Below the pieces are notes generated by a model. That model ran no database searches. It saw nothing but the letters and a program-made list of their open reading frames with translations, and was not told the DNA's origin. A stretch of 27,282 bases of DNA from Bacteroidia bacterium. GTDB taxonomy: Bacteria; Bacteroidota; Bacteroidia; NS11-12g; UBA9320. The translations under genes were made by a program, and so were the position numbers. The stretch lies in assembly GCA_049609445.1 (NCBI GenBank), contig JBMYYN010000001.1:1-27282 (forward strand), written 5' to 3'. Shown one piece after another: positions 15,422-24,356 of the stretch. Position 1 is the first letter of the stretch. Every line of letters starts with the position of its first letter.

Positions 15422-17453
15422 AAATAATGTCAGCTATTACTTTCACGTCAATAGAATAATCAGAATACATCTTATACCTTCTCGCGTCTTTAGTATCCAA
15501 AATTACATTGATCTTCATCACTTTAGTGTTTTTTAGTAGCACCATTTGCTCTCTATTCAGTTCTAAAACTAGCTCTGACTCCATACCTCCAACAGTTTTG
15601 CCGCTAATCTCATCTACTTCCGCCGCAAACATTGTTTTACTGTCGTCTATAAACCCTTTTGAAACCTCGTCACCTTCTCCGTCTAGAAAAGAAATATTAA
15701 CCACCCCTCCTATCGGAAAATCATTGTCTATTTTTATTTTAAGTCTTGCCTCTTGGATGTTCTCCAAGTTCTCATTCTCAAAAATGAAAATACTGTCTGT
15801 AGAACTAATTGTAAAAGACTCTAAACCTACCGTTAGAGGAATGCTTAAACTAAGGTCTGCTCGTAACTGACTCGTATCAAAAGCAAAATCTCCTTGATTT
15901 AGAGTTCCGTATGGTCTTAGTACTGCAGATACACTAGGAACTATTTGGTCCGGCAGATTCTCAAGAAATGGCTTTAAGTTAGAGTTTAGCTTATTCAGGC
16001 TTACACTCTTGGTAGTAGGTATAAACTCAATTCCATTTATCGCCTTTTCTAAGAAAATAGGTTCCTCTATTTTGTCAAACCAAAGGCTTACCGTTTCTGG
16101 CTTTCTATTGTTTACCGCTTCTATGCTTTCTATTTCTACATTGGTTTCTATACCAAATGAATTGTAAAAATTAATGTCTAGAGTAGCATCTTCAAGAGAA
16201 AGTGACCCTTCCAAGTTATTAAACACATCTATTTCGAGAGTGTCTTTAACATCAAATTGGTGGTATCCTGGATCTCCAATAACTAGTTCTGGCTGCAGGT
16301 CTACTAGACCAAATTCAATTTTGATTTTATCCTGCAGAGATAATGTTCTTTCTATTCCCGAATACTCTATTCTGGCTATCAGTTTACTAAAAATATGATT
16401 GTATGTAGGCTGTTCATGTGGGCTTTTTCCAAACATATTTAGTTCATATCCATCTATAGGAAACTTCTCTTCCACAAAGACCGCTTCTCCGGGTTTGGCA
16501 GCAGGAATCGTCCATACTTTTTTTATTCCTTTGTTTCCTGCATAGTCTTCACTATTAGGAATCAAATATTCCAATACTATAGCTTCTTCTATACTAGACT
16601 CAACCTTCATAAGGATGTTTCCTTTTTTGATATGTACTTCTGTTAGCTTCGGGCCACCAAAATCATATTTATTCTCATCCTCATTCTCCACCAAGTTCTG
16701 AGATGGAAATACCGCTGTAGCTACTTCTGGTTTTAATCCTCGTACTCCAAACTCTATTCTTAGTCCCTTCGTTACATCTATTTGAACGTCACCATTACTT
16801 TCTTTTGTCTTTATTCTTTTGACCAAAAGTACAAGAACACCGTCAACGGTTTTACCTGCAAGAGAAAAAGACTTTTCTGCATATGAAAACGGCAATAGAT
16901 TCTCGAAAGAACCAGAGACTACAACACTTTTATCTTTATCATTCAGAAGCTCAAACTCTAGAAGTTCGGCCTCTACTGGTAGATCATTATGAATCTTTAT
17001 GTCAATAAACCCCTCTATAAACTTTGCTTGCGTGAAGAACTGCTCCGTTACGTCTATTACTGTTCCTTCATTGGCCACTACATCTTGGGCATCAAGAGTG
17101 GTGTTTTTACCATGAAGCAATACACTTGCAGGATAGATTTCTGCTAAAGTAAGAGTGTCTGTAAAGGCTCTGTCTTCCAGTACCAAGCTAGACAGAGACA
17201 CCTCCATCGTTTCTACTTTGTCTGGTATTATCAATACATCTTCTAAGTCTGTGATACCAAACTTTTGGTCAAATACAATATTCAATGAACTATCTGCATT
17301 GAACGATGAAAGAGAATCTGGAATCAAATCTCCTAAAGTCAACTCTGTTTCAAAAACCGGAGCAAGCCAATGACTTTCTGAAGAGAACTTTTCTTTTCTG
17401 CAACTTGATAGGACCACTATCAACACGCAAAAGGGTAAGAATGCTTTTCGCAT
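15405..17453 (-). CDS. Large beta-rich lipoprotein with internal tandem modules (682 aa)
   Basis: MRKAFLPFCVLIVVLSSC lipobox (Cys18); recurring xIxIxNxF/LP-like motifs about 130-146 aa apart. Confidence 0.8.
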   Translation of the reverse strand: MRKAFLPFCVLIVVLSSCRKEKFSSESHWLAPVFETELTLGDLIPDSLSSFNADSSLNIVFDQKFGITDLEDVLIIPDKVETMEVSLSSLVLEDRAFTDTLTLAEIYPASVLLHGKNTTLDAQDVVANEGTVIDVTEQFFTQAKFIEGFIDIKIHNDLPVEAELLEFELLNDKDKSVVVSGSFENLLPFSYAEKSFSLAGKTVDGVLVLLVKRIKTKESNGDVQIDVTKGLRIEFGVRGLKPEVATAVFPSQNLVENEDENKYDFGGPKLTEVHIKKGNILMKVESSIEEAIVLEYLIPNSEDYAGNKGIKKVWTIPAAKPGEAVFVEEKFPIDGYELNMFGKSPHEQPTYNHIFSKLIARIEYSGIERTLSLQDKIKIEFGLVDLQPELVIGDPGYHQFDVKDTLEIDVFNNLEGSLSLEDATLDINFYNSFGIETNVEIESIEAVNNRKPETVSLWFDKIEEPIFLEKAINGIEFIPTTKSVSLNKLNSNLKPFLENLPDQIVPSVSAVLRPYGTLNQGDFAFDTSQLRADLSLSIPLTVGLESFTISSTDSIFIFENENLENIQEARLKIKIDNDFPIGGVVNISFLDGEGDEVSKGFIDDSKTMFAAEVDEISGKTVGGMESELVLELNREQMVLLKNTKVMKINVILDTKDARRYKMYSDYSIDVKVIADIIYENKI

Positions 17454-17487
17454 TATACAAAGTAAGTCGTGCAGACTCAGTTTTTGT

Positions 17488-17495
17488 TATGTTTG
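17488..17495 (+). promoter_or_regulatory. -7 box for thiN
   Basis: TATGTTTG, 19 nt before ATG 17515. Confidence 0.5.
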
Positions 17496-17514
17496 TTTTG
17501 AAAATTGCACTAAA

Positions 17515-18162
17515 ATGTCATCACATCACTATGTCAAAGAGGGCCAGGAACCAGCCTTGGTTATCGCTAATGGTGCGGCTTGTTCGTACGATATATTAAC
17601 TTCACTGATGGAATGGTGCCCTTATATAGTGGTACTAGACGGTGCTTACAAGCGGGTTTCAGCTCTCCAGATAAAACCTGATGTAGTCATAGGAGACTTC
17701 GACAGCTTACCAAGTATTCCAGATGTACGAAACACAAAGTTTATCAAAATAGAGGATCAGGAAAACACAGATTTAGAAAAAGCCTTAGACCATCTTCTAG
17801 AAAAAGGATATGACCATATCAATGTAGTCTGGGCTACAGGAAACCGACTGGATCATACGGTCAACAATGTGGCTACTCTAGCCAAGTATGTAGATACTAG
17901 AATAGTCTTATACGACGACCACTCGCGAGTTTTTGTTCTTCCTAATACCTTTTCTAAGTTTTATGAGAAAAACACAGCTCTATCGCTTATTCCTGTGCAT
18001 ACAGCTGAAGGAATTAAGACGAAAAACCTCAACTATGAATTGAAAGGAGAAACTTTAGCGTTCGGATCAAGAAGCGGAACTAGCAATAGTGCCGCATCAA
18101 GCGGAATCGTGAAAATAAGCTATGAAAAAGGAGTGCTTCTGTTAGTAGAAAGCACCGATTAA
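17515..18162 (+). CDS. thiN: Thiamine pyrophosphokinase
   Basis: VVLDGAY, PDVVIGDFDS, DQENTDLEKAL, ATGNRLDHT and GTSN motifs. Confidence 0.92.
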   Translation: MSSHHYVKEGQEPALVIANGAACSYDILTSLMEWCPYIVVLDGAYKRVSALQIKPDVVIGDFDSLPSIPDVRNTKFIKIEDQENTDLEKALDHLLEKGYDHINVVWATGNRLDHTVNNVATLAKYVDTRIVLYDDHSRVFVLPNTFSKFYEKNTALSLIPVHTAEGIKTKNLNYELKGETLAFGSRSGTSNSAASSGIVKISYEKGVLLLVESTD

Positions 18163-18165
18163 CAA

Positions 18166-19638
18166 CTATCTACTATAGTTTGGAGCTTCTTTGGTGATGG
18201 TCACATCGTGTGGATGACTCTCTCTGATCCCAGACCCCGTAATGTGCGTAAACTGAGCTGTTTTCAATTCTTCGATAGAACTAGAACCCGTGTATCCCAT
18301 ACCAGCTCTTAATCCACCGATGTACTGATATACTACTTCAGCAAGTCTACCCTTATACGCTACAGAACCCACGATTCCTTCAGGTACAAGTTTTCCTATT
18401 TCTGCTTCAGCGTCTTGGAAGTATCTGTCTGTTGAGCCTTTTTTCATTGCTTCTATACTACCCATTCCTCTATATGACTTTACTTTTCGTCCTTCGTAGA
18501 ATGAAACGTCCCCTGGGGCCTCTTCTGTACCTGCGAAAAGGCTTCCTGCCATAATCGTATCTGCTCCAGCCACCATTGCTTTCACTAGGTCACCGCTGTA
18601 TCTAATACCACCATCTGCTATCACTGGTACTCCTGTACCTTTCAATGCTTCGGCACATTCTACCACAGCACTTAGCTGTGGTACACCTATACCTGCAATG
18701 ATTCTTGTAGTACAAATAGAACCTGGCCCTACTCCCACTTTCACCGCATCAGCACCGTTATCAGCTAAGTACTTAGCCGCATCTCCAGTCGCTACGTTTC
18801 CTACGATAACCTGAAGGTCAGGGAATTTAGCTTTCACCTTCTTGAGCTCGTCCACTACACCTTTAGAGTGTCCGTGTGCAGTATCTATAGCGATCACATC
18901 TACATCTTGCTCTACTAAAGCTGTTACTCTCTCCAAAGTGTCTGCGGTTACTCCTACAGCCGCACCGACCATAAGTCTTCCGAAACTGTCTTTGCAAGCT
19001 TGTGGATGATTTTTTACTTTTTGTATGTCTTTGAATGTGATAAGACCTAACAACTTATTGTTGTCATCTACTACTGGCAGTTTCTCAATCTTGTGCTCTT
19101 GAAGTATTTGCTCTGCCTCTTTCAAATCAGTTCCTTTTTCAGCAGTCACAAGTCCATTGGAAGTCATGACTTCACCAATCTTTGTGTTCAAGTCACGTTG
19201 AAAGCGTAAGTCTCTGTTTGTAATAATACCTATAAGTGTGTTGCTGTCATCTGTAATAGGAATTCCTCCTATTCGATTTTCCTTCATCACATTGAGGGCA
19301 TTCCCCAAGGTATTGTCTTTACCTAAAGTGATCGGGTCTTTGATCATTCCGCTTTCAGATCGTTTCACTTTTTTCACTTGCATAGCCTGTTGCTCTATGG
19401 TCATATTCTTGTGAACGATACCTATACCTCCTTCACGGGCTATAGCTATAGCAAGTCTTGCCTCTGTAACGGTATCCATAGCCGCACTAATGATAGGTAT
19501 GTTGATGTTTAACTTCTTCGTAAGTCTAGTTTTGGTACTCGTGTCACGAGGAAGAACTTCAGAATATCTTGGCAAAACGAGAACATCGTCAAACGTCAGA
19601 CCTTGGTATGCTACTTTAGAAATTTTGGATTGAGACAT
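18166..19638 (-). CDS. guaB: Inosine-5'-monophosphate dehydrogenase with CBS pair
   Basis: [39 protein letters not shown] (catalytic Cys), IADGGI and YRGMGS. ATG 19638 is preferred over TTG 19644. Confidence 0.98.
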   Translation of the reverse strand: MSQSKISKVAYQGLTFDDVLVLPRYSEVLPRDTSTKTRLTKKLNINIPIISAAMDTVTEARLAIAIAREGGIGIVHKNMTIEQQAMQVKKVKRSESGMIKDPITLGKDNTLGNALNVMKENRIGGIPITDDSNTLIGIITNRDLRFQRDLNTKIGEVMTSNGLVTAEKGTDLKEAEQILQEHKIEKLPVVDDNNKLLGLITFKDIQKVKNHPQACKDSFGRLMVGAAVGVTADTLERVTALVEQDVDVIAIDTAHGHSKGVVDELKKVKAKFPDLQVIVGNVATGDAAKYLADNGADAVKVGVGPGSICTTRIIAGIGVPQLSAVVECAEALKGTGVPVIADGGIRYSGDLVKAMVAGADTIMAGSLFAGTEEAPGDVSFYEGRKVKSYRGMGSIEAMKKGSTDRYFQDAEAEIGKLVPEGIVGSVAYKGRLAEVVYQYIGGLRAGMGYTGSSSIEELKTAQFTHITGSGIRESHPHDVTITKEAPNYSR

Positions 19639-19668
19639 TGGCAAATAATAGATTTGTTATTTGCCGCA

Positions 19669-19697
19669 CAAAGGTACGGTTAATCTTGACTTTGCAA
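19669..19697 (-). promoter_or_regulatory. guaB promoter (-33 TTG, 18-nt spacer, -7 TACCTTTG)
   Basis: Minus strand reads TTG (19697-19695), N18, TACCTTTG (19676-19669). Confidence 0.65.
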
Positions 19698-19802
19698 CTA
19701 ATTTATTCGAAATAGTAATGTCCGTATCTATTTTTTACACAATCGTGTCGTTTCAAATCCTCGTTTATCGATGTTATAAAATTATACGATGCTATTCTTC
19801 GT

Positions 19803-19810
19803 TACATTTG
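19803..19810 (+). promoter_or_regulatory. -7 box for the TPR gene
   Basis: TACATTTG, 12 nt before ATG 19823. Confidence 0.6.
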
Positions 19811-19822
19811 CGATTCGTTTCT

Positions 19823-21652
19823 ATGAGAAGGTTTTCATTATACATAGTCCTACTGATATCTGTACTAAGCTACGCTCAAAATACAGAAGAAAAACTTGCT
19901 GCTCAGTTTTACGAGAATGGGGAGTTTCAGAAAGCCGAATCCCTGTACAAAAAACTGTATAAAGAGAAAAGCAACTCAATATATCTATACGAAAACTATC
20001 TCAAGACTCTACTTGCTCTCGAAAAACAAAAGGAGGCAGAAAAGCTGGTTGAAAAACAAATTAAAAAGTATCCGACACGACTCAATTCCTTGGTTGACTT
20101 AGGGTACGTCTATCTACAGTTTGATGAAAAGGAAAAGGCAAACAAATACTTTGACAAAATCACTAAATCCAAACTTGGTGACAGAAACTATGTCATTGTT
20201 ATCGCTCAGGCTTTTCAACGAAGACAAATGCTTGATAGGGCAATCACGCTCTATGAACAAGCTGCTTCAAAACAAGGTGTCATTGCATTCTACCCTCAGC
20301 TCTTAACGGCCTATCGTATCACTGGAAACACAAAAGAGCTTACAGATTTCGGTTTGGAAGTACTCTTAAAAGATCCTAATACGTTTAAATATGTCACAAG
20401 AAACCTAGATAAGGTCTATGAAGATGAGAATGCATCAGCATATCTTCAAGAGCAAACTCTGCTTTATGCTCAAAAAAACACAGATGTGCAGACGTTTGAC
20501 GAACTTCTGCTTGAAGTATTTCTGCAGCAAAAGAAGTACGGATCTGCCCTGAGACAAGTGATAGCTCTGGACAAACGGAATGAAAACGACGGAGAAAGAG
20601 TTATGAATTTGGCACAAGTATGCGTCAAAAACAAGGAATACAAAGTTGCCATCAAAGGATATGAATACATAATCGGATTGGGAGACAAATCTCCTAGACC
20701 TCTTGCAGCAGAGCAGGGACTTATCAATTCCCTATACCTGAAAACAACAAATGGCGTACAATCAAACCCAGAAGAAGTAAAAAACCTTATAGCCAAAATA
20801 CAGTCTTTTGTAGACTCTAACGGAGTAGATTATAGAACCGCAAGTAGCTTATATCGTCTTGCCGAACTTCAAATTTTTTATAACAACAATGTCGGTGCCG
20901 GTGTAAATATATTGGAGGATATTATCAAAACTCCACGACTTAGAGGTTCGTTCATGGCTGATAGCAAACTGTTGTTGGGTGATGCCTACCTGATGCAAAA
21001 CAACATTTGGGATGCTAAGCTGATGTATGGTCAGGTTGATAAGCAGTTCAAGGAAGACGCCAAAGGTCAAGAGGCTAAGTTCAAAAACGCTAAGTTGAGT
21101 TATTATACTGGAGATTTCGAATGGGCAAAAAGCCAGCTTGACATCTTAAAGACTGCGACTACTCAATTGATAAGCAATAATGCTATCGAGCTTTCGCTTC
21201 TCATTCAGGACAATACAGGGTTAGACTCTACAGAAGATGCAATGATAGAATATGCCAATGCGGAGTTTCTTCTCTACCAAAACAAAATAGATGAATCTTC
21301 TGCTATACTAAACATGCTTCCATTTAAGTACCCAGACCACACGTTAAATGATGAAATATTCTACCTAAAAGCAAAGGTGCAAGAGAAGCTTGGGAACTAT
21401 GAGGCTGCCAACAAACTATACACGACTGTTTTTGAGAAGTTTGGTGATGATATACTAGCGGACAATGCTCTTTATCGCTCTGCCAACATCACTTTACATA
21501 TCCTCAATGACGAAGAAAAAGCACAAGAATTATTTGAAAAATTGCTGCTCGAATACAACTCTAGTTTATATGCTGTAGATGCTCGAAAGATGTACTATGG
21601 TCTCAAAGAAGGGAAAAGTAAAAAAGAACTTTTTCTTGACTTGCAGTTTTAG
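19823..21652 (+). CDS. Exported tetratricopeptide-repeat protein
   Basis: From ATG 19823: signal peptide MRRFSLYIVLLISVLSYA-Q, then many TPR-like helical pairs (LAAQFYENGEFQKAESLYKKL; KAKVQEKLGNYEAANKLY; ADNALYRSA). The ORF-track start at 19661 runs through the promoters. Confidence 0.88.
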   Translation: MRRFSLYIVLLISVLSYAQNTEEKLAAQFYENGEFQKAESLYKKLYKEKSNSIYLYENYLKTLLALEKQKEAEKLVEKQIKKYPTRLNSLVDLGYVYLQFDEKEKANKYFDKITKSKLGDRNYVIVIAQAFQRRQMLDRAITLYEQAASKQGVIAFYPQLLTAYRITGNTKELTDFGLEVLLKDPNTFKYVTRNLDKVYEDENASAYLQEQTLLYAQKNTDVQTFDELLLEVFLQQKKYGSALRQVIALDKRNENDGERVMNLAQVCVKNKEYKVAIKGYEYIIGLGDKSPRPLAAEQGLINSLYLKTTNGVQSNPEEVKNLIAKIQSFVDSNGVDYRTASSLYRLAELQIFYNNNVGAGVNILEDIIKTPRLRGSFMADSKLLLGDAYLMQNNIWDAKLMYGQVDKQFKEDAKGQEAKFKNAKLSYYTGDFEWAKSQLDILKTATTQLISNNAIELSLLIQDNTGLDSTEDAMIEYANAEFLLYQNKIDESSAILNMLPFKYPDHTLNDEIFYLKAKVQEKLGNYEAANKLYTTVFEKFGDDILADNALYRSANITLHILNDEEKAQELFEKLLLEYNSSLYAVDARKMYYGLKEGKSKKELFLDLQF

Positions 21653-22560
21653 TCTAGGTAGTACCTGTACGCTAGCTCTGCTCGATAAAACATTCCATTT
21701 CCAAAGTCCTTGTTAAGCGGAGCTCTGTCATCTCCAAATCGAAACAAACTTAAACCAAAGTCTATCTTGTCACTGTTTTCGTATACTCTAAAAGATCTGC
21801 CCAAAGACATTCCTGCTACACCTCTCACAATTACTCCTTTGATGGGTTCATACCCGACATGAGCAGCAACTTCATTAGACAAATGGTGCATATAGAATGG
21901 AGTGGTAACTAAAGCATTGGTGACCCTTGGTTTGTTGAGGTTGTATGATCTTACTGTTGCTCTCCAATTTACTCCTGCTGTTATTTTAGGTGTAACACTA
22001 TAGTTTATCTTGGCATACGAAGGAACTATTACGTCCATTTCTAATTTGTTTTTCTGATAGTAAAACCCAAATAATGGTACAAGGAATGGTCCAAATTTAT
22101 CTGCATTCATGTATGCTCCAAACTTATAAATCATGTTCTCACTCTTTTTCTTTTTTGCGAGTGCAAGGGCTCCTATTTGAAAATCTTCGTCGGTTATACC
22201 TCCGTCAAAATCTGAAGCTAGTTTAGGCAGTAAAAGGTAGGTTCCGCTCCAGTTGTCTGAATGCTTGATATTCATTCCGATCTTTAGCAAATAAGAAGAA
22301 ACTGGCTCATTACTTCCTCCGTCAAAAAACGAAGTGTTTACTCTCCCATATGCAAATCCAGTAAGTATAGCATTGCCGTTTTTTAATTGAATAGGTGCTG
22401 TTAGGTCCACACTCATTTTTTCTAACTGAGTGCTGTTCATAGAGCTGTCAAATTGATTTTGAGGTGTTGACGTGTATTCTGTTTTGACTAAATCGACATA
22501 GTCTTGAGCAAATCCTATCAAACATGAAAAGACAAAAACAAAGCCAATTATTATTCTCAT
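21649..22560 (-). CDS. Putative outer-membrane beta-barrel protein (DUF6268-like)
   Basis: Signal peptide MRIIIGFVFVFSCLIGFA-Q, amphipathic strands with aromatic girdle residues, C-terminal YRAELAYRYYLD. The DUF name is from recall only. Confidence 0.7.
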   Translation of the reverse strand: MRIIIGFVFVFSCLIGFAQDYVDLVKTEYTSTPQNQFDSSMNSTQLEKMSVDLTAPIQLKNGNAILTGFAYGRVNTSFFDGGSNEPVSSYLLKIGMNIKHSDNWSGTYLLLPKLASDFDGGITDEDFQIGALALAKKKKSENMIYKFGAYMNADKFGPFLVPLFGFYYQKNKLEMDVIVPSYAKINYSVTPKITAGVNWRATVRSYNLNKPRVTNALVTTPFYMHHLSNEVAAHVGYEPIKGVIVRGVAGMSLGRSFRVYENSDKIDFGLSLFRFGDDRAPLNKDFGNGMFYRAELAYRYYLD

Positions 22561-22591
22561 ACCATACAATAGTAGCAAATATTTGATAGAC

Positions 22592-22599
22592 TATCTTTG
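22592..22599 (+). promoter_or_regulatory. -7 box for trmL
   Basis: TATCTTTG, 9 nt before ATG 22609. Confidence 0.6.
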
Positions 22600-22608
22600 T
22601 TTACGAAT

Positions 22609-23061
22609 ATGTTTCACATCGTCTTACTAGAACCTCGTATGCCCGGCAATGTTGGCACCATTGGCCGACTTGCTGTCGCAACCAACTGTACTCTACACCT
22701 GATTAGGCCATATGGTTTTAAAGCGATAGATGAAGAAAAAGTGAAACGTGCAGGTATGGATTATTGGGCAAAGCTTAACTATGTAGAGTATGACGACTTA
22801 GACGATTTTTGGACTCACCACCCTCCGACCGACCGACACTTCTTCACTTCGAAAAAATCTAAAGACTCTTACTTTGATAAGTCATATAAGCCTGGAGATT
22901 ATTTCTATTTTGGTCGAGAAGACGTTGGGTTGCCGTCTGAGCTGACAGACCGTTTTTCTAAAAATTGTGTTTCTATTCCAATGTCTCCCGAAACTCGTTC
23001 TCTTAATGTGGCTAACGCTGCTTCCATAGTGGCCTACGAGGCTTGGAGACAAAACATATAA
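22609..23061 (+). CDS. trmL: tRNA (cytidine/uridine(34)-2'-O)-methyltransferase, SPOUT family
   Basis: HIVLLEPRMPGNVGTIGR, LHLIRPYGF, KRAGMDYW, FGREDVGLP and IPM...RSLNVANAASIVAYEA. Confidence 0.9.
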   Translation: MFHIVLLEPRMPGNVGTIGRLAVATNCTLHLIRPYGFKAIDEEKVKRAGMDYWAKLNYVEYDDLDDFWTHHPPTDRHFFTSKKSKDSYFDKSYKPGDYFYFGREDVGLPSELTDRFSKNCVSIPMSPETRSLNVANAASIVAYEAWRQNI

Positions 23062-23079
23062 ACAATCTTGCTTTTCGGC

Positions 23080-23116
23080 TATCTTTTTGATTAGATTATA
23101 ATCTGATAAAAAGATA
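23080..23116. repeat. 37-bp near-perfect inverted repeat 6 nt before the dinB start (candidate operator)
   Basis: TATCTTTTT-G-ATT-AGATTATAATCT-GAT-AAAAAGATA: perfect 12-bp core and perfect 9-bp outer arms, with one extra G and one T/G mismatch. Confidence 0.8.
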
Positions 23117-23122
23117 AATAAT

Positions 23123-24334
23123 TTGCCAAAGCAAATTGTACATATGGACCTTGACACTTTTTATGTGTCTGTAGAGCGGCTTATAGATAGCCGTCTCGTA
23201 GGCAAGCCTGTGATGCTTGGTGGTGTGGGAGATCGTGGTGTGGTGGCTAGCTGTAGCTACGAAGCTCGGACATTTGGAGTGCACAGCGGAATGAGTATGA
23301 AAATGGCTCGACAGCTTTGCCCTCAAGGTATTGTGATAAAGGGAAATGCCGGCACATACTCTAAGTATTCTAAAACCGTAACCGAAATCATCCGAGAGCA
23401 GGTGCCTGTGCTTGAAAAAAGCAGCATAGATGAGTTCTACATGGACCTTACGGGAATGGATAAATTCTTTGGGTGCTATAAATTGGCAAGCGAAATCCGT
23501 CAAAAAATCACCAAAGAGACAGGCCTTCCTATCTCGTTTGGGATGTCTGTCAACAAAACGGTATCCAAGGTAGCTACAGGAGAAGCTAAACCTGACAATC
23601 AGATGAAGATAGATTTCGGAGAAGAAAAGCCTTTTCTGGCTCCACTATCTGTTAAAAAAATACCCATGATAGGAAAAAAAACAGCCTTTATGCTGAATCG
23701 TATGGGTGTACAAAAGATACATACGCTGCAAGAGATGCCCCTAGAGTTACTCGAAAAAGCTTTCGGAAAAAATGGTAAAATGATGTGGCAAAAAGCCAAT
23801 GGTATAGACTACAGCCCACTCATCCCCTATCACGAAAAAAAAAGCATAAGCACTGAGCGTACTTTTATGAAAGACACTATAGATATCCGCAAGCTTAAAG
23901 ACATGATGGTCGCCATGGTAGAGCAACTCGCTTATGAGCTTCGTCACGGACACAAGGTTTGTTCCAATGTAAGCATCAAGCTGAGGTATTCAGATTTTCA
24001 AACGGTGAGTAAGCAAAAAAAGATACCTTATACTGCCGCAGATCATACGCTTATAGCTCACGCCAAAGACCTGTTTGATTCGCTATACAGTAGGCGTGTT
24101 CGTATACGGCTCATCGGTGTACGACTGGGGGATTTGGCCGGAGGTGGGCACCAGATAGACTTGTTCCAGGATGATGATCGAATCATCAACTTATATCAAG
24201 CTATGGACAAAATGAAAGATAGGTATGGTGCTAATGCCGTGAGACGTAGTGTTGCCTCCGAAGTAAAAGGTCTCGGTCGTGGCAATCCTTTCAATGGAGA
24301 ACCCAATGTGGTACCTGCACATAGAAATGCGTGA
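23123..24334 (+). CDS. dinB: DNA polymerase IV (Y family)
   Basis: IVHMDLDTFYVSVE, VVASCSYEARTFGVHSGM, SIDEFYMD, SKVATGEAKP, KSISTERTF and IRLIGV; C-terminal NPFNGEP tail. TTG start. Confidence 0.95.
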   Translation: MPKQIVHMDLDTFYVSVERLIDSRLVGKPVMLGGVGDRGVVASCSYEARTFGVHSGMSMKMARQLCPQGIVIKGNAGTYSKYSKTVTEIIREQVPVLEKSSIDEFYMDLTGMDKFFGCYKLASEIRQKITKETGLPISFGMSVNKTVSKVATGEAKPDNQMKIDFGEEKPFLAPLSVKKIPMIGKKTAFMLNRMGVQKIHTLQEMPLELLEKAFGKNGKMMWQKANGIDYSPLIPYHEKKSISTERTFMKDTIDIRKLKDMMVAMVEQLAYELRHGHKVCSNVSIKLRYSDFQTVSKQKKIPYTAADHTLIAHAKDLFDSLYSRRVRIRLIGVRLGDLAGGGHQIDLFQDDDRIINLYQAMDKMKDRYGANAVRRSVASEVKGLGRGNPFNGEPNVVPAHRNA

Positions 24335-24356
24335 GGGTGCTCCGAAAGAAAAAAAA

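Noticed and set aside
19769-19795. CGATGTTAT / CGATGCTAT near-repeat around TATAA-AA-TTATA in the guaB/TPR gap
   Set aside because: Short, imperfect and AT-rich, so within chance expectation.
19661-19822. ORF-track N-terminal extensions for the TPR gene (19661), DinB-family gene (9912), trmL (22597), barrel (22578) and 7031 gene
   Set aside because: The extensions run through promoter boxes or neighbouring genes. Downstream ATGs give proper signal peptides or family N-termini.
22576-22585. CAAATATTTG palindrome between the barrel gene and trmL (also TAAATATTTA at 9851-9860)
   Set aside because: 10-bp AT-rich palindromes arise readily where back-to-back TTTG-type promoter boxes meet, and the flanks do not extend them.
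219-23061. tadA, gatA and trmL as a tRNA-modification island
   Set aside because: They are far apart, in different transcription units, and separated by unrelated core genes.
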